64,000 nt of DNA, taken from positions 1,376,001-1,440,000 of the forward strand of contig CM000151.3 of NCBI GenBank assembly GCA_000004695.1, given 5' to 3'. Of this stretch, positions 27,681 to 38,974 are shown one piece after another. Both the position numbers and the translations under genes were made by a program. The notes below the pieces were generated by a model. That model searched no databases. It saw nothing but the letters and a program-made list of their open reading frames with translations, and was not told the DNA's origin. The stretch is from Dictyostelium discoideum (taxonomy: Eukaryota). Positions within the stretch are counted from its first letter, which is position 1. Each line of letters opens with the position of its first letter.

Positions 27681-27990
27681 TTTTATTTTGAATAAAAGAA
27701 AAAAAATAAATAAATAAAAAAATAGAAATAAAAATGAAATAAAAAATAAAAGAAATGAAATGAAAATATTTGTTAGAAAAAATAAAAACCCGATAAAAAA
27801 AAAAAAAATTATATTATTCTGGAAATAGATTGAGAAAAAAAAAAAAAAAACTTACTTTTACATGAGAATAATATAAAATAATAATACCGGCCTCTGAAAC
27901 AAGGGAAACTCTTTTTTCTAAATATTGTTGTCTATCATCTTCGAATAGTAAAAGGATTCCTTCTTTTAATGTCATAAATTCATCATCCAT
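25273..27990 (-). CDS. PH domain - UBA/CUE-like - coiled coil - PX domain protein; exons 27990..27856 (PH N-terminal half), about 27636..25633 (large exon, acceptor not resolved), 25509..25273 (PX C-terminal half)
   Basis: Exon 1 is MDDEFMTLKEGILLLFEDDRQQYLEKRVSLVSEAGIIILYYSHVK with a GTAAGT donor. The main ORF continues the PH fold (...FEILVTNNHSLKFQCFSYEDKESWIKQL). It then has acidic, S-rich and polyQ low complexity. The block EVSVILDAMDFCGGDRDEVIALLASQT is UBA/CUE-like. ELKKELKKELKQLENEEKQF is coiled coil. The ORF ends ...WDISIRIVGFFQIDDHIEYKLQVISNSNEWFVCRRYNNFLMLDKK with a GTAAGT donor, which is the N-terminal half of a PX domain. The last exon is LKSSGIIDKKDLGLTLPPKKLKVASNQVAKARQLPLQSYLVHLL..., the PX C-terminal half with its proline-rich loop. 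Confidence 0.7.
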
Positions 27991-28367
27991 TTTATTATTA
28001 TTTTATTTTTTTTTTTTATATTATTACTATTTTTATTATTATTATTTCTATTTTTATTTCTATTTTTATTTTTATTTTTATTTTTATTTTTATTTTTATT
28101 TTTATTTTTATTTACTCTTTTATTATTTTTTTTTTTTTAATATTTTTTTTTTTGTATTTTTTCTACTTTTTTTTATTTTTATTTTTTTTTTTTTTTTATA
28201 TGTACAAAAAGCTATTTTTCTATTGGATGGGATTTTATTTGCTATATTGGTGCAATGATATTAATATTTGTTTACTGTAAACAAACTAAATCTATTTTTT
28301 TTTTTTAAAAAATTTTTTATTTGCTTTTGGTTGGTTGGTTGGAATTTTTTTTTTTTAATTTTACTAT

Positions 28368-28417
<50 letters not shown>

Positions 28418-28810
28418 TGATGCCACGAACAATCAAATTCTTTGCGGATTTACCTATAATTATTTACTATTGTTAAATTTTTTTTTTTAAAAAAAAAAAA
28501 AAAAATAAAAATAATAATAAAATAAAAATTGGAAAAAATTAAAAAAAAAAAATTTTAAAAAAAATATCTATTTTATTTGCACTTTCCAGTGATCACCCTA
28601 ACCCACAAAAATATAAAAAAAAAAAAAAATAGAAAAATAGAAAAAAAATAAAAATAAAAATTATGAGATGAAAAATTTTTAAAAAATAAATATATATTTA
28701 ATTAATATAAGAAAAAAAAAAAAAAAAAATAATTCCTTTTTTTTTTATAGTTTTAAAAAAAAAAAAAAAAAATAAAAAGTTCCCAAAAACTTTTTTTTGT
28801 TTAAAAAAAC

Positions 28811-28842
<32 letters not shown>

Positions 28843-29098
28843 TAAAAATTAAAAAGAAAAAAAAAAAAAAAAAAAAAAAATAAAATAAAAAAAAAAAATT
28901 AAAAAAAAAAAAAAATATCTTGATTTTTTTTTTTTTTCAAGTGCGAATTAAAAAAGGTTTTTTGTTGTTAATTTTGGTTTTTATTTGAAAAAAAAATCTT
29001 CCTTAAAATACCCCATATTTAGAAATTATTTCTTATTATTATTATTTTTTTTTTTTATTTTAAATTTTTATATTATTTTCTTTGAGTTTTGCTTGTTT

Positions 29099-29135
<37 letters not shown>

Positions 29136-29962
29136 AAAAATATGGATATATTTTTAAAAATTAAAATTAAATAATCAGAAAAAAAAATATAATAATATAA
29201 AAGTAATAAATGTTTAGTTTTAAAAAAAAAAAAAAAAAAAAACGGTTTAATTAGTTTGACAAGTAAATGAAAAACCAATTAATTTTACAATACGGTAATC
29301 AAATTAATTAACCAATCAAAATCAAATTAATTAATCAAAATCAAATTAATTAAACAGCCAAATCATTTTATTATTTTTTTAATCTTAAAATCCAATTGGA
29401 ATTTCACTACCATTTTTTTTTTCATTTTTCCAGTTCAGATATTTGGAAAAAAAACTTTCGTGATCACGTGCCCCCAAAAATAAATATTTTCATTTTTTTT
29501 TTAATTTTTTTTTTCATTTCTAATTTATTATTTTTTTTTTTAATTTTTTTTTAGTAAAATTTGTTTTTAAACAAAAATGTAAATATTTTTTTTAAAATGA
29601 CAAATTAAATTTTTTTTTTTTTTTCACCATTGGAGGGTGTTTTCTTTTTTATTTTTTTATTTTTTTTTTTTGAACTAGTTCAAAAAAATAAAAAAAAAAA
29701 AAAAAAAAAGTATAAATTAATCTATTGACAATCTAATTTAAAATTAAAAGAAGATTGTGCGGTCCCTTTAATTTAATATGGTTTTTTTTTTGAGTCAATA
29801 AAAAAACCATTTCCCAAATCTTATTTTAATTTTGAGATTAAATGGTTTTTACTTTTTTTTAATTTTTTTTTTTAATTTTTTGGTTTTTATTTTTCGTTTC
29901 ATTTTTTTTTTTTTTTTTTTTACAAAAACTCACCCAATTAATTATTAAGGGATAATCGACCT

Positions 29963-32869
29963 ATGAATAAATTAATTAGTAGGTCTATATTTAACAAAAC
30001 AAATGAAAGATCCACATTATCTTTATTTCAATCGTTAAATTATTATTATAAAAGAGATTTCACATCTGAAATTAATAAAACCAATAATAATTTCGACAAT
30101 TGTCAAAATAACGAAGAAGGTTACAATGTCATTAATAATAATAAAAAAAATAAAAACAATAGTAATAATAACAATGTAGAATATAATGAAAATGATAATA
30201 GTAATAATAATAATAATAATAATAAAAATGAAATTAATAATAATGAAATTGATTTTGATTGGTCAATGAAAGCTAAAAAAAAAATTAAAAAAAGTGTATT
30301 AACTGGTGAAGATAGATTAGATAAAAAAACAAAAGATTTAAAATATTTAAATTCAATTGGTCTATTAGTCAAATTAAAATCAACTACAATATCAAATAAT
30401 GAAATATCAGATAATAGTAATAATAATAATTTAAAAGATAAAGAAAATGATGAAATTGAAACTATAGCTCTTATTGATGAAGATAATGAAATATCAACAA
30501 TTAAAAAGAAAAAAAAAATAAAGACTAATAAAAATAGTTATGATGATGATAATATTGACAATGAATCAAATGATTATACAACTACTATAATACAAAATGA
30601 AGATCATAATACTTTTAGTTCAACAACTACTACTACTAGAGGTAGTATAAAAAATAAAAGAAATAAATCATTAAAAAAAGAAGAAATTCAAAAACAACAT
30701 GAAGAAAATCAAGATAATAATCATGATAAAATATCAATTGAATACGATGAAAATGAATTAAAAAAAACATACAATTTAGATGAAAATGGTGATAATATTG
30801 TTGAAATGAGTCCCGCTTTTAAAAATAATAATTTATTAATAAAGAAATCTAAAAATAAAAAAACTAAACAATCAAATATTGACATTGACAATGACAATGA
30901 CAATGTTGATAACTATATTGACAATGATGATGATGATGAAACCATTGACAAACCTAAAAAATCAAAATCAAAATCAACAACTAAAAGTAAGAAAATAAAT
31001 GTAAAGAAACAAGATGATGAAAATGAAGAAGAGGAGGAGGATGAAGATGAAGAAAAAGAATTTAAAAGTATTGAAATTAGTAAATTAAAAAAAAAGAAAA
31101 AAGAAATTAAAGACGGAGAATATTTAAATATTAAAAATGTATATAAAGAATGGTTAGAATCACCAATTGTTATTAAATTATCAAATGATGATAGTTGTTT
31201 TACAAATTCTAAAATTAAAATTAATCCAAAATCATTTACAATTAAAAGTGATGATGACGATGATGGTAATGGTAATGGTAATGGTAATGGTAATGATAAT
31301 GATAAGAATAATTTAAAATTAAAGAGAGAATGGCATGAATTAGTTGAAACATGTAATAGAGATATATTTGGTAATAAAGAATTTAGAAATTTACAAATTG
31401 AAGCTATAAATTCAATTTTACATGATAGGGATACATTTGTAAGTTTACCAACTGGTGGCGGTAAGAGTTTGTGTTTTCAAATTCCATCAATCGTTGATCA
31501 TAGAGGTGTGACATTTGTAATATCACCATTGTTGGCATTGATGCAGGATCAAGTGCACAAATTGAAATCATTGGGTATTCCCGCAGAGTCAATCAATAGT
31601 TCGGGTAGTCAGCGTGAGAATAGGGATGTTTTAGACCAATTATTAAATGGTGAAACTTGTAAATTGAAATTAATTTATATTACACCTGAAAGATTGGCAC
31701 AATCTGAATTCTTGCATTTGTTAGACCAATTGTACGACCAAGGTAGGTTGAGAAGATTAGTGGTGGACGAAGCTCATTGTATCTCTGAATGGGGCCACAG
31801 TTTCAGGCCAAAGTACAGACTAATTTCCACATTTCGTGATCGATTCCCCTCTGTACCGATATCGGCATTCACTGCTAGTGCAACGCCAAATGTTGAAATT
31901 GATATTAAAAACTCACTAAAAATGGTTAACCCAATTACAATCAATTCAAGTTTTCTCCGACCAAATTTACTATACCAAGTTAGACAAAAGCAATCTGATG
32001 AAGAATCATTACTAAAGGATATTTACAATTTCATTAGTTTTAAATACCCAAATTCAACTGGTATCATCTATTGTGCAACCGTTAGAGAATGTGAAATTGT
32101 TGCAGACTATCTAAGTGAACGTGGTTTATCATCTAATTTTTATCATGCTAAACTCAGTAATACTCAACGTTCGAAATTACAAAAAGATTGGACCAATGGT
32201 GAATTTAAAATAGTTTGTACAACAATTGCATTTGGTATGGGTATTGATAAAGGTGATACAAGATTCGTCATTCATCATTCAATGCCTCAATCAATGGAAT
32301 CCTATTATCAACAAACTGGTAGAGCTGGTAGAGATGGTAAACATAGTGATTGTTTATTATTTTATAATAAATCTGATTTAATGAGATTTAAACATATAAT
32401 ATCTCTTAATCAACCAAAAGATCCATTCAATGCTTTTAGTAATTATAATGGTGTTGGTATTGGTGATATTGGTGGTGAACATTTAATATTAGATAATGAT
32501 GGTAATTATATTAGCAATTATTCATCAGATGAATCTCAATATATGGATACTATTAAAAATAAAATTCAACAAACATCCACAAAACTTGAAATGTTGGACA
32601 GTGTTGCTTCATTTTGCTCAACTCAATCGAAATGTCGTCGTGTAACTTTATTAAATTATTTTGGTGAAAACTCAAAATCTTGTGGAAATATGTGTGATAT
32701 TTGTATTTCAAATTCAAATTCAAATTCAAATAATAGATCAAAAGCAAAACAAAATCAAATCGATTACTCTGAAAGAATTTATAATAGAAATTCTTATTCA
32801 ATTTCATCTTTTAAAAATAAAAAAAAGAAATCACATGTATCTTATGATAATGATAATGATGTTGATTAA
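29963..32869 (+). CDS. RecQ-family ATP-dependent DNA helicase (968 aa) with a long N/D/K-rich N-terminal extension; single exon
   Basis: The helicase core includes FVSLPTGGGKSLCFQIPS (motif I), VISPLLALMQDQV, LVVDEAHCISEWGHSFRPKY (DEAH, motif II), FTASAT and YHAKLSNTQRSKLQKDW...IAFGMGIDKGDTRFVIHHSMPQSMESYYQQTGRAGRDG (motifs V/VI). The RecQ zinc-binding Cys cluster (CRRVTLLNYFGE...CGNMCDIC) is present. I see no HRDC domain. Confidence 0.85.
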   Translation: MNKLISRSIFNKTNERSTLSLFQSLNYYYKRDFTSEINKTNNNFDNCQNNEEGYNVINNNKKNKNNSNNNNVEYNENDNSNNNNNNNKNEINNNEIDFDWSMKAKKKIKKSVLTGEDRLDKKTKDLKYLNSIGLLVKLKSTTISNNEISDNSNNNNLKDKENDEIETIALIDEDNEISTIKKKKKIKTNKNSYDDDNIDNESNDYTTTIIQNEDHNTFSSTTTTTRGSIKNKRNKSLKKEEIQKQHEENQDNNHDKISIEYDENELKKTYNLDENGDNIVEMSPAFKNNNLLIKKSKNKKTKQSNIDIDNDNDNVDNYIDNDDDDETIDKPKKSKSKSTTKSKKINVKKQDDENEEEEEDEDEEKEFKSIEISKLKKKKKEIKDGEYLNIKNVYKEWLESPIVIKLSNDDSCFTNSKIKINPKSFTIKSDDDDDGNGNGNGNGNDNDKNNLKLKREWHELVETCNRDIFGNKEFRNLQIEAINSILHDRDTFVSLPTGGGKSLCFQIPSIVDHRGVTFVISPLLALMQDQVHKLKSLGIPAESINSSGSQRENRDVLDQLLNGETCKLKLIYITPERLAQSEFLHLLDQLYDQGRLRRLVVDEAHCISEWGHSFRPKYRLISTFRDRFPSVPISAFTASATPNVEIDIKNSLKMVNPITINSSFLRPNLLYQVRQKQSDEESLLKDIYNFISFKYPNSTGIIYCATVRECEIVADYLSERGLSSNFYHAKLSNTQRSKLQKDWTNGEFKIVCTTIAFGMGIDKGDTRFVIHHSMPQSMESYYQQTGRAGRDGKHSDCLLFYNKSDLMRFKHIISLNQPKDPFNAFSNYNGVGIGDIGGEHLILDNDGNYISNYSSDESQYMDTIKNKIQQTSTKLEMLDSVASFCSTQSKCRRVTLLNYFGENSKSCGNMCDICISNSNSNSNNRSKAKQNQIDYSERIYNRNSYSISSFKNKKKKSHVSYDNDNDVD

Positions 32870-33266
32870 AATTAATTAATTTCCAAAAAAAAAAAAATCC
32901 TCTAAACTTTTTTTTTTTTTTTTTTTTCTTCCAAGACAATAAATAAATTAAGTTTTAAAATTAAAATCCATCATTATTATTTTTTATACAAAAATAAACT
33001 TTACAATTACTATTAATTATTTTTAAATTATTATTTGATACAATTTTATTGTTTTTTTTTTTGTTTTTTTTGTTGTTTTTTTTTTTTTTTTTTTTTTTTT
33101 TCATTTTTTTTTTTTTTTTTGTGATTGAATTTCTAAATAAAAATTCTAATGTTGACTAATATTTATATTGGTTGGTGGATGATGGTATTTGGTGATTGTG
33201 ATGTTTTCTTTTAATTTTTTTTTTTTTTTGATTTCTTTTTTTTTTTTGGACAATTACAATTTTATC

Positions 33267-33952
33267 TTAATCAAGTAATAACAATTGTTTAATGGCACCT
33301 GGTGTATCTACGTCGTTTAAATGGATAGTTGTAAATCTTAAAGCATTTAATAAACCTGGGGATGATTGAGTATTGGAATCTTTAAGTGTAACAATGCATG
33401 GTTTAATCTATTTTATTTAAAAAAAAACATATTTGTTTTAGTATATATTGTTTTTGAAAATTCCAAATTTAAAAATCTAAAAAAAAAACAACTTACATTA
33501 ACTGGAGATTTCTTTACAAAAGCACCTTGTGGGTGAATATGATCGAATAAAATAATTGAACCAACCATAGCTCTTAAACAAAACATATTGAGATCATCTT
33601 GTGTGAATCTGAATATAAAAAAAAAATGTTAGTGAATCTATACACATTATAATGAAAAAGGAAAAAAAAAAACATACTTCTTTTTCTCAACCATATCGTG
33701 ACAAACATTTGCCATTGTTGCTAAAGCGGTAGTAACATTATCTCTTGGTACAGTTGTATCTTGTGAAAGGAATTTAACAGTAGTTTCGGAAAGAACTTTC
33801 ATCATTGGAGTTGGATAAGCAAAGAATAATGACATTCTATTTGCTAATTCATCACGAATTTTAATGTTTGCATCCTTTTTGGTTAATTTCATTCTGTTAA
33901 GAGTACGACGATAATATGAGAAATCGTTTTGAATTGCTGGGTTAACCATCTA

Positions 33953-34030
<78 letters not shown>

Positions 34031-35283
34031 AATAAATAAATATTAGTATGAAATTATTAAATTTAGAAAAAAAGAGAGAGAGAACAATCAATAATTAATA
34101 AATAAATACCTTTGCGTCATCGAATTTCAAAACAAAATCAAAGATATCGGCAAGTTGCTTAGCGAGGGCTTGTTGGTTTGATAAAGATGCTTTTGGATCG
34201 TTTTTACAAAGAGCAACTAAAAGTTTTGGGAAACAAGTTTCCAATTCTAAAGAGAAATCGTAGAATTCTTGGAGTTGATCAACTGATGGGAGTACAGCTT
34301 CCCATGCAGCATCTTCAGTTTCTGGACCTGGATTGGTAATTGCCTAAAATGAAAATAATAAAATGTTAGAAAGGTATTATAAAACTTTATTCAGTCTTCT
34401 GGTTTTGCTGATATTTTTGTGTTTTTCATGTGTGCAAAGGGGTGTGGGGAGGGAGAGGGTTGAAAATAAACGTTTATTTTGATTATGTGAAATTAATTCC
34501 GACAATAATTATATAATTATATTGGTGAATATCTGAATCTATGCCATCACCAAAACACTATTCAATGATAATCCGCAATCAACACAAACAACTCTATTCC
34601 TGTCCGATTTGTAACAAATACTATCCAAACACTATTCCCATCATAAGCAGTTCTACTCCCTTCCTATCACCTTTTTTTTAAAAAAAATCCCACATACGCA
34701 CACACATATACACACACAACACTATTGCAACCTGTTATTGAAAATATTTACTCTTCTAATGAATTCATTACAACCTGCATAGGCTAAAAGTTTATCGATG
34801 ATAGCTGGACCTCTAATTAAAACTTCATTAACTGTTTTATGAAGTTCTCTTTCGTCGTCTGATGGTTGAGCATCTATTAAAAATAAATGATGATAAAAAA
34901 TAATAAAAAAAAAAAAAAATAAAAAATAATAAAAAAATAAAAAATAGTTAGTATCTATTATTTTAATTGTATTTAAAAAAAAAAAAAAACTTAAAGATAA
35001 AAATAAAAATAAATTAAAACAATAATAAAATCAAAAAAAAAAAAAAAAAAAAATTTTTTGATTTTTTTTTTTTTTTTGTGTATATTTATAAATATAGAAC
35101 CCATTTCTGATCTTCATTTTATCTTTTATCTTTTTTTTTTTTTTTTTTTTTTCCAACTTTATTTTATTTTTATTTTTTTATTATTTAAGATTATGAATAA
35201 TAAATTTATTACATACGTTCGAAATCTATGAAAATTTGTTCAGTGTGATCATTTCCATTGATAAAACTAAGTAATTGACCCAT
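33267..35283 (-). CDS. fam49: CYRI / FAM49 (CYFIP-related Rac1 interactor, DUF1394) orthologue, 6 exons: 35283..35217, 34873..34752, 34343..34110, 33949..33678, 33608..33497, 33407..33267 (about 315 aa)
   Basis: The spliced translation is MGQLLSFINGNDHTEQIFIDFE|HAQPSDDERELHKTVNEVLIRGPAIIDKLLAYAGCNEFIRR|AITNPGPETEDAAWEAVLPSVDQLQEFYDFSLELE...QQALAKQLADIFDFVLKFDDAK|MVNPAIQNDFSYYRRTLNRMKL...ELANRMSLFFAYPTPMMKVLSETTVKFLSQ...ATMANVCHDMVEKK|KFTQDDLNMFCLRAMVGSIILFDHIHPQGAFVKKSPVN|IKPCIVTLKDSNTQSSPGLLNALRFTTIHLNDVDTPGAIKQLLLLD*. It is collinear with human CYRI-B/FAM49B along the whole length, including the MG N-terminus (Gly2 myristoylation site). All donors are GTATGT, GTAAAT or GTAAGT, all acceptors are (T/A)AG, and phases are consistent. 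Confidence 0.9.
33958..34022. repeat. (TAA)n microsatellite inside a fam49 intron
   Basis: A perfect (ATA/TAA) trinucleotide run of about 21 units. Confidence 0.9.
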
Positions 35284-35487
35284 TTTATTGTGTTATTTTA
35301 TATGTAAGTATGATTTTATATATTTATATTTATTTATATGAGTTTTGAATTATTGTTTGTAAATTGAAGATTCTCCAATTTTAAATATTTATACAATGTG
35401 TTTTTTGTTTTTTTTTGTAGTTGTGATTGAATTCTATTATTATTATTATTGCCTTAATGTCACACCATATAAAAACTTTTTTTTTAA

Positions 35488-35518
<31 letters not shown>

Positions 35519-36158
35519 CAAAAAAAAATTTTAAAAAAAAAAAAAAAAAAAAAAATTCAAAAAAAAAAAAAAAAAATAAAAAAAAAAAAGTTAATAATCC
35601 CATTTTTTTTTTTGATTCAATTCACCATTTAAAAAAAAATAAAAAAATAAAAAAAATAATAAAAAAAAATAATAAAAAAAATAGCAATAAATAAAAAGTT
35701 AAATTATTATTATTATTTTATTATTATTTATTCATTATCCATTAAAAAATTATATATATATATATTTTTTTTTTTTTTTCTTTCGTGCTTTCTTTTTTTT
35801 TTTCTGCCACCTTTTTTTTTTTTTTTTTTTTTTTTTTTCAAATTTTTGGTGCCAAATTATTAGAAAAAATTTCAACTTGAAAAAAAAAATGTCATCAACA
35901 GATAAAAATATATTTATTTCAAACAAAACATTAGATTTATTGATTTTTTAAAATCTTATGATTTTTTTTATTTTTTTTTATTTTATTTTTTTCATATTTT
36001 GTTGTACAACAAATAATAAACCTTTTTTTATTTTATTCTATTTTTTGTTTTTATTTTTATTTTCACAATTTTTAATATAATAGGGCTGATTATTTTCTCT
36101 CTTATTATAGCTATTTTTATTTCAAATTCCAAAATGAACAAAACTATTTTCCGAAATG

Positions 36159-36198
<40 letters not shown>

Positions 36199-36467
36199 AA
36201 ATAAAAAATAAAAAAATAAAAAAATATCTGACCCTTTGGACTTTTCTAATCCTTTTTTTTTTTTTTTTTTTTTTTTCTTTTCAATTTTTTTTTTTTTTTT
36301 TTCTTAATTTTTTTTTTTTAAAAAAAAACAAAATTACCAACAACAACAAAATCCAACATATTTTATTTTATATTATTTTTTATTTATTTATTTATTTATG
36401 TGGGTTAAAAAATTTTTTAAACTAAAAAATAAAAAAAATAAATAAAAAAAAAAAAAAAAAAACAAAA

Positions 36468-37957
36468 ATGTCATATAAAATAATAAACAGCTCCGATGAC
36501 GACAATGATAATAATAATAACAATGATATAAATAACAATGAGAATATTATTAGAGAAGAAGAAAAGAATAAAACACTACCAAATTCGCCAATCCAAACAG
36601 ATGAACAAAAAAAGAAACAAACATTATCAATTAATATTATGGTTTTAACCGTATTTTTACAAAGTATTGGATTTACATTAATTTTACCATCAATGTTGAA
36701 TTATTTAAATTCAAACGATCCACAATTTAAGAGATATTTCGGATACATTGTAGCATTATATAGTTTAGGACAATTTTTAGGATCACCTTTATTTGGTAAA
36801 TGGAGTAATAAAAGAGCAGCATCTGAACCAGTAGTAATCTCAATTGTAATCTCCATCATTGGTTCGATATTCTATTCAATTTGTTATAAATTCCATGGAT
36901 TTGCATTCCCAGCAATTATGGGTACCGCCAGATTCATCGTTGGGTTCGGTGCTGGAAATGTGTCAGTGTGTCGTGCATATGCCACTGAGACTGCCACAAT
37001 TGAAAATAAAACTCAAATTATGGGAAAAATGAGTGGTGCACAAGGCGCAGGGTTCGTCTTGGGACCTGGTATCGGGTTCTTATTAAACTTTTGCAATTTC
37101 ACCATTGGTCAAATGGTAATCAATAAATACACCGCACCAGGTTACTTGTCAATTTTATTAGCCATACTCAATATCATATTGGTTTTAGTATCCTTTAGAG
37201 ATGCAAGAGATTTAGAAAAGAGAAATTTAAAAACACCTGAAACAGCATCCCTTTTATCTATCAATGATGCCGATGCCGATGCCGATGCCAATAATGACGC
37301 TGATAAGCCAAAGAAGAATATGGAGCAACGTTTGAAGCCAATTGTATTGTCGATATTTTTATTCATGGTGGTGATTACAATATTTGCGGTATTCGAGACC
37401 GTGCTTACTTTAATGACATTGCAATATTATGATTGGGGAAGCACAGAGAATTATATTATACTTGGTACGAGTGGTATTATATCGGTGGGTATTTTCATAG
37501 CAATCTCAAGTCCGGTGATAAAGAAATTCGATGATAGAAAAACCGCTTTGTTCGGGTTCACTTGTTTATTCATTGCTTTGGTTTTATTAATTAATTACAA
37601 TATTCCAATTGGTAGTAGAATGACTTTACCAAAATGGCAATTCTTTATGGGTTCTGCATTTGTTTCAGTTGGTTATCCAATTGCTTCATCATTGGTTTAT
37701 GCAATATTTTCAAAAGTTTTAAACCCAAATTCTCATACTCAAGGCACTAAAATGGGTTGGTTAACTGCTGGTGGATCTTTAGCAAGAATGGTTGGTCCAT
37801 TATGGTCTCAAGAAATTTGGACTGCTACCAATCAACAAGGTATGGAATTATTCTTTGTAACTGCAGTTATCACATTAATTGCAATCGTTGTATTTATTAT
37901 TTTCTATAAAGATTTATCTCCTCATCCTGAATTTGTTTCACAACAAAAAACTGTTAA

Positions 37958-37964
<7 letters not shown>
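36468..37964 (+). CDS. major facilitator superfamily transporter (498 aa; HIAT1/MFSD14/tetracycline-transporter-like); single exon
   Basis: Twelve predicted hydrophobic segments. The MFS signature sits between TM2 and TM3 (LGQFLGSPLFGKWSNKRAA, a G-x-L-x-D/G-R/K-x-G-R/K-like motif). A second half-repeat motif is GKMSGAQGAGFVLGPGIG. The N-terminus is acidic and N-rich. Confidence 0.85.
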
Positions 37965-38013
<49 letters not shown>

Positions 38014-38095
38014 AATAAATAAATAATAATAATTAATAAATAATAAATAATAAATAATAAATAATAAATAATAATAGTAATAATAAAGCAATTAA
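37963..38095. repeat. (AAATAAAT)n / (AAATAAT)n octamer-heptamer microsatellite immediately 3' of the MFS gene stop
   Basis: Visible as taaataaataaataaataaataaataaataaataaataaataaataataataaataaataataat... Confidence 0.9.
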
Positions 38096-38239
38096 TTTAT
38101 AAATTATAAATTATAATAGTAATTTTAAAAAATAAAACAACCACATTTTAAAAATTTAAAAATAATAATAAAAGTGAATATTATAATATTATAATCTTTT
38201 TGGTATAATTGAAAAAGATCAATAATATATTAAAATTTC

Positions 38240-38281
<42 letters not shown>

Positions 38282-38943
38282 CAAAAATAGTAATAATAAT
38301 TATTAAATTTATAATTTTTTTATCTTTTATTTTATTTTTATTTCTTTTTCTTTTTTTATATCTTTTATTTTTATTATTTTTCAATTATCCTTAATTTGGT
38401 TTTTTTTTTATTTTTTTATTTTTTTTTTATTTTTCATTTTTTTTATTTTTTTTTAAAATTTACCCTGGTAAAGATTTAAATCTTAAAAGAATACGTCATT
38501 TATTTTAAACTTTTAAATTTTCTTTTTATTTTTTTTCCCCATTTTTGTTTTTTTATCCCGGGACAAGTGATTTATTAATTTTTTTTAATGCCTTATTATT
38601 TTATTTTATTTTTTATTTAAAATTTTTCATTTTTTTTTTTTTTTTTATATTTATTATCCTAAGATCTTGACTTTTTTTAAAATTGTCAACTTGAAATTAG
38701 ATTTTGAAATTTTAGGTAAATTAAAAAAAATGAAAAAAAAAAAAAATTAAAATAGAAAAAAAAAAAGAAAAAAGAAAGTTCCACATTTCCCAGATCCATA
38801 TTCTTTTTTTACTTTTTAATTTTTTTTTTTTAATTTATTTTTTTTTTTTTTTCATAAATAATATTTTAGGAAATAGAATTAAAACAAAATACTGACTAAA
38901 AATAATAATAATAATTCAGATTTTTTATTACAAAAGTCAGTTG

Positions 38944-38974
<31 letters not shown>

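Noticed and set aside
28589-28720. DUSE-like motif ACCCACAA that might mark a Class I or snRNA gene about 60 nt downstream
   Set aside because: The downstream sequence is unstructured and nearly pure A/T. I cannot see a stem-forming ncRNA candidate. It is kept only as part of the promoter-motif finding.
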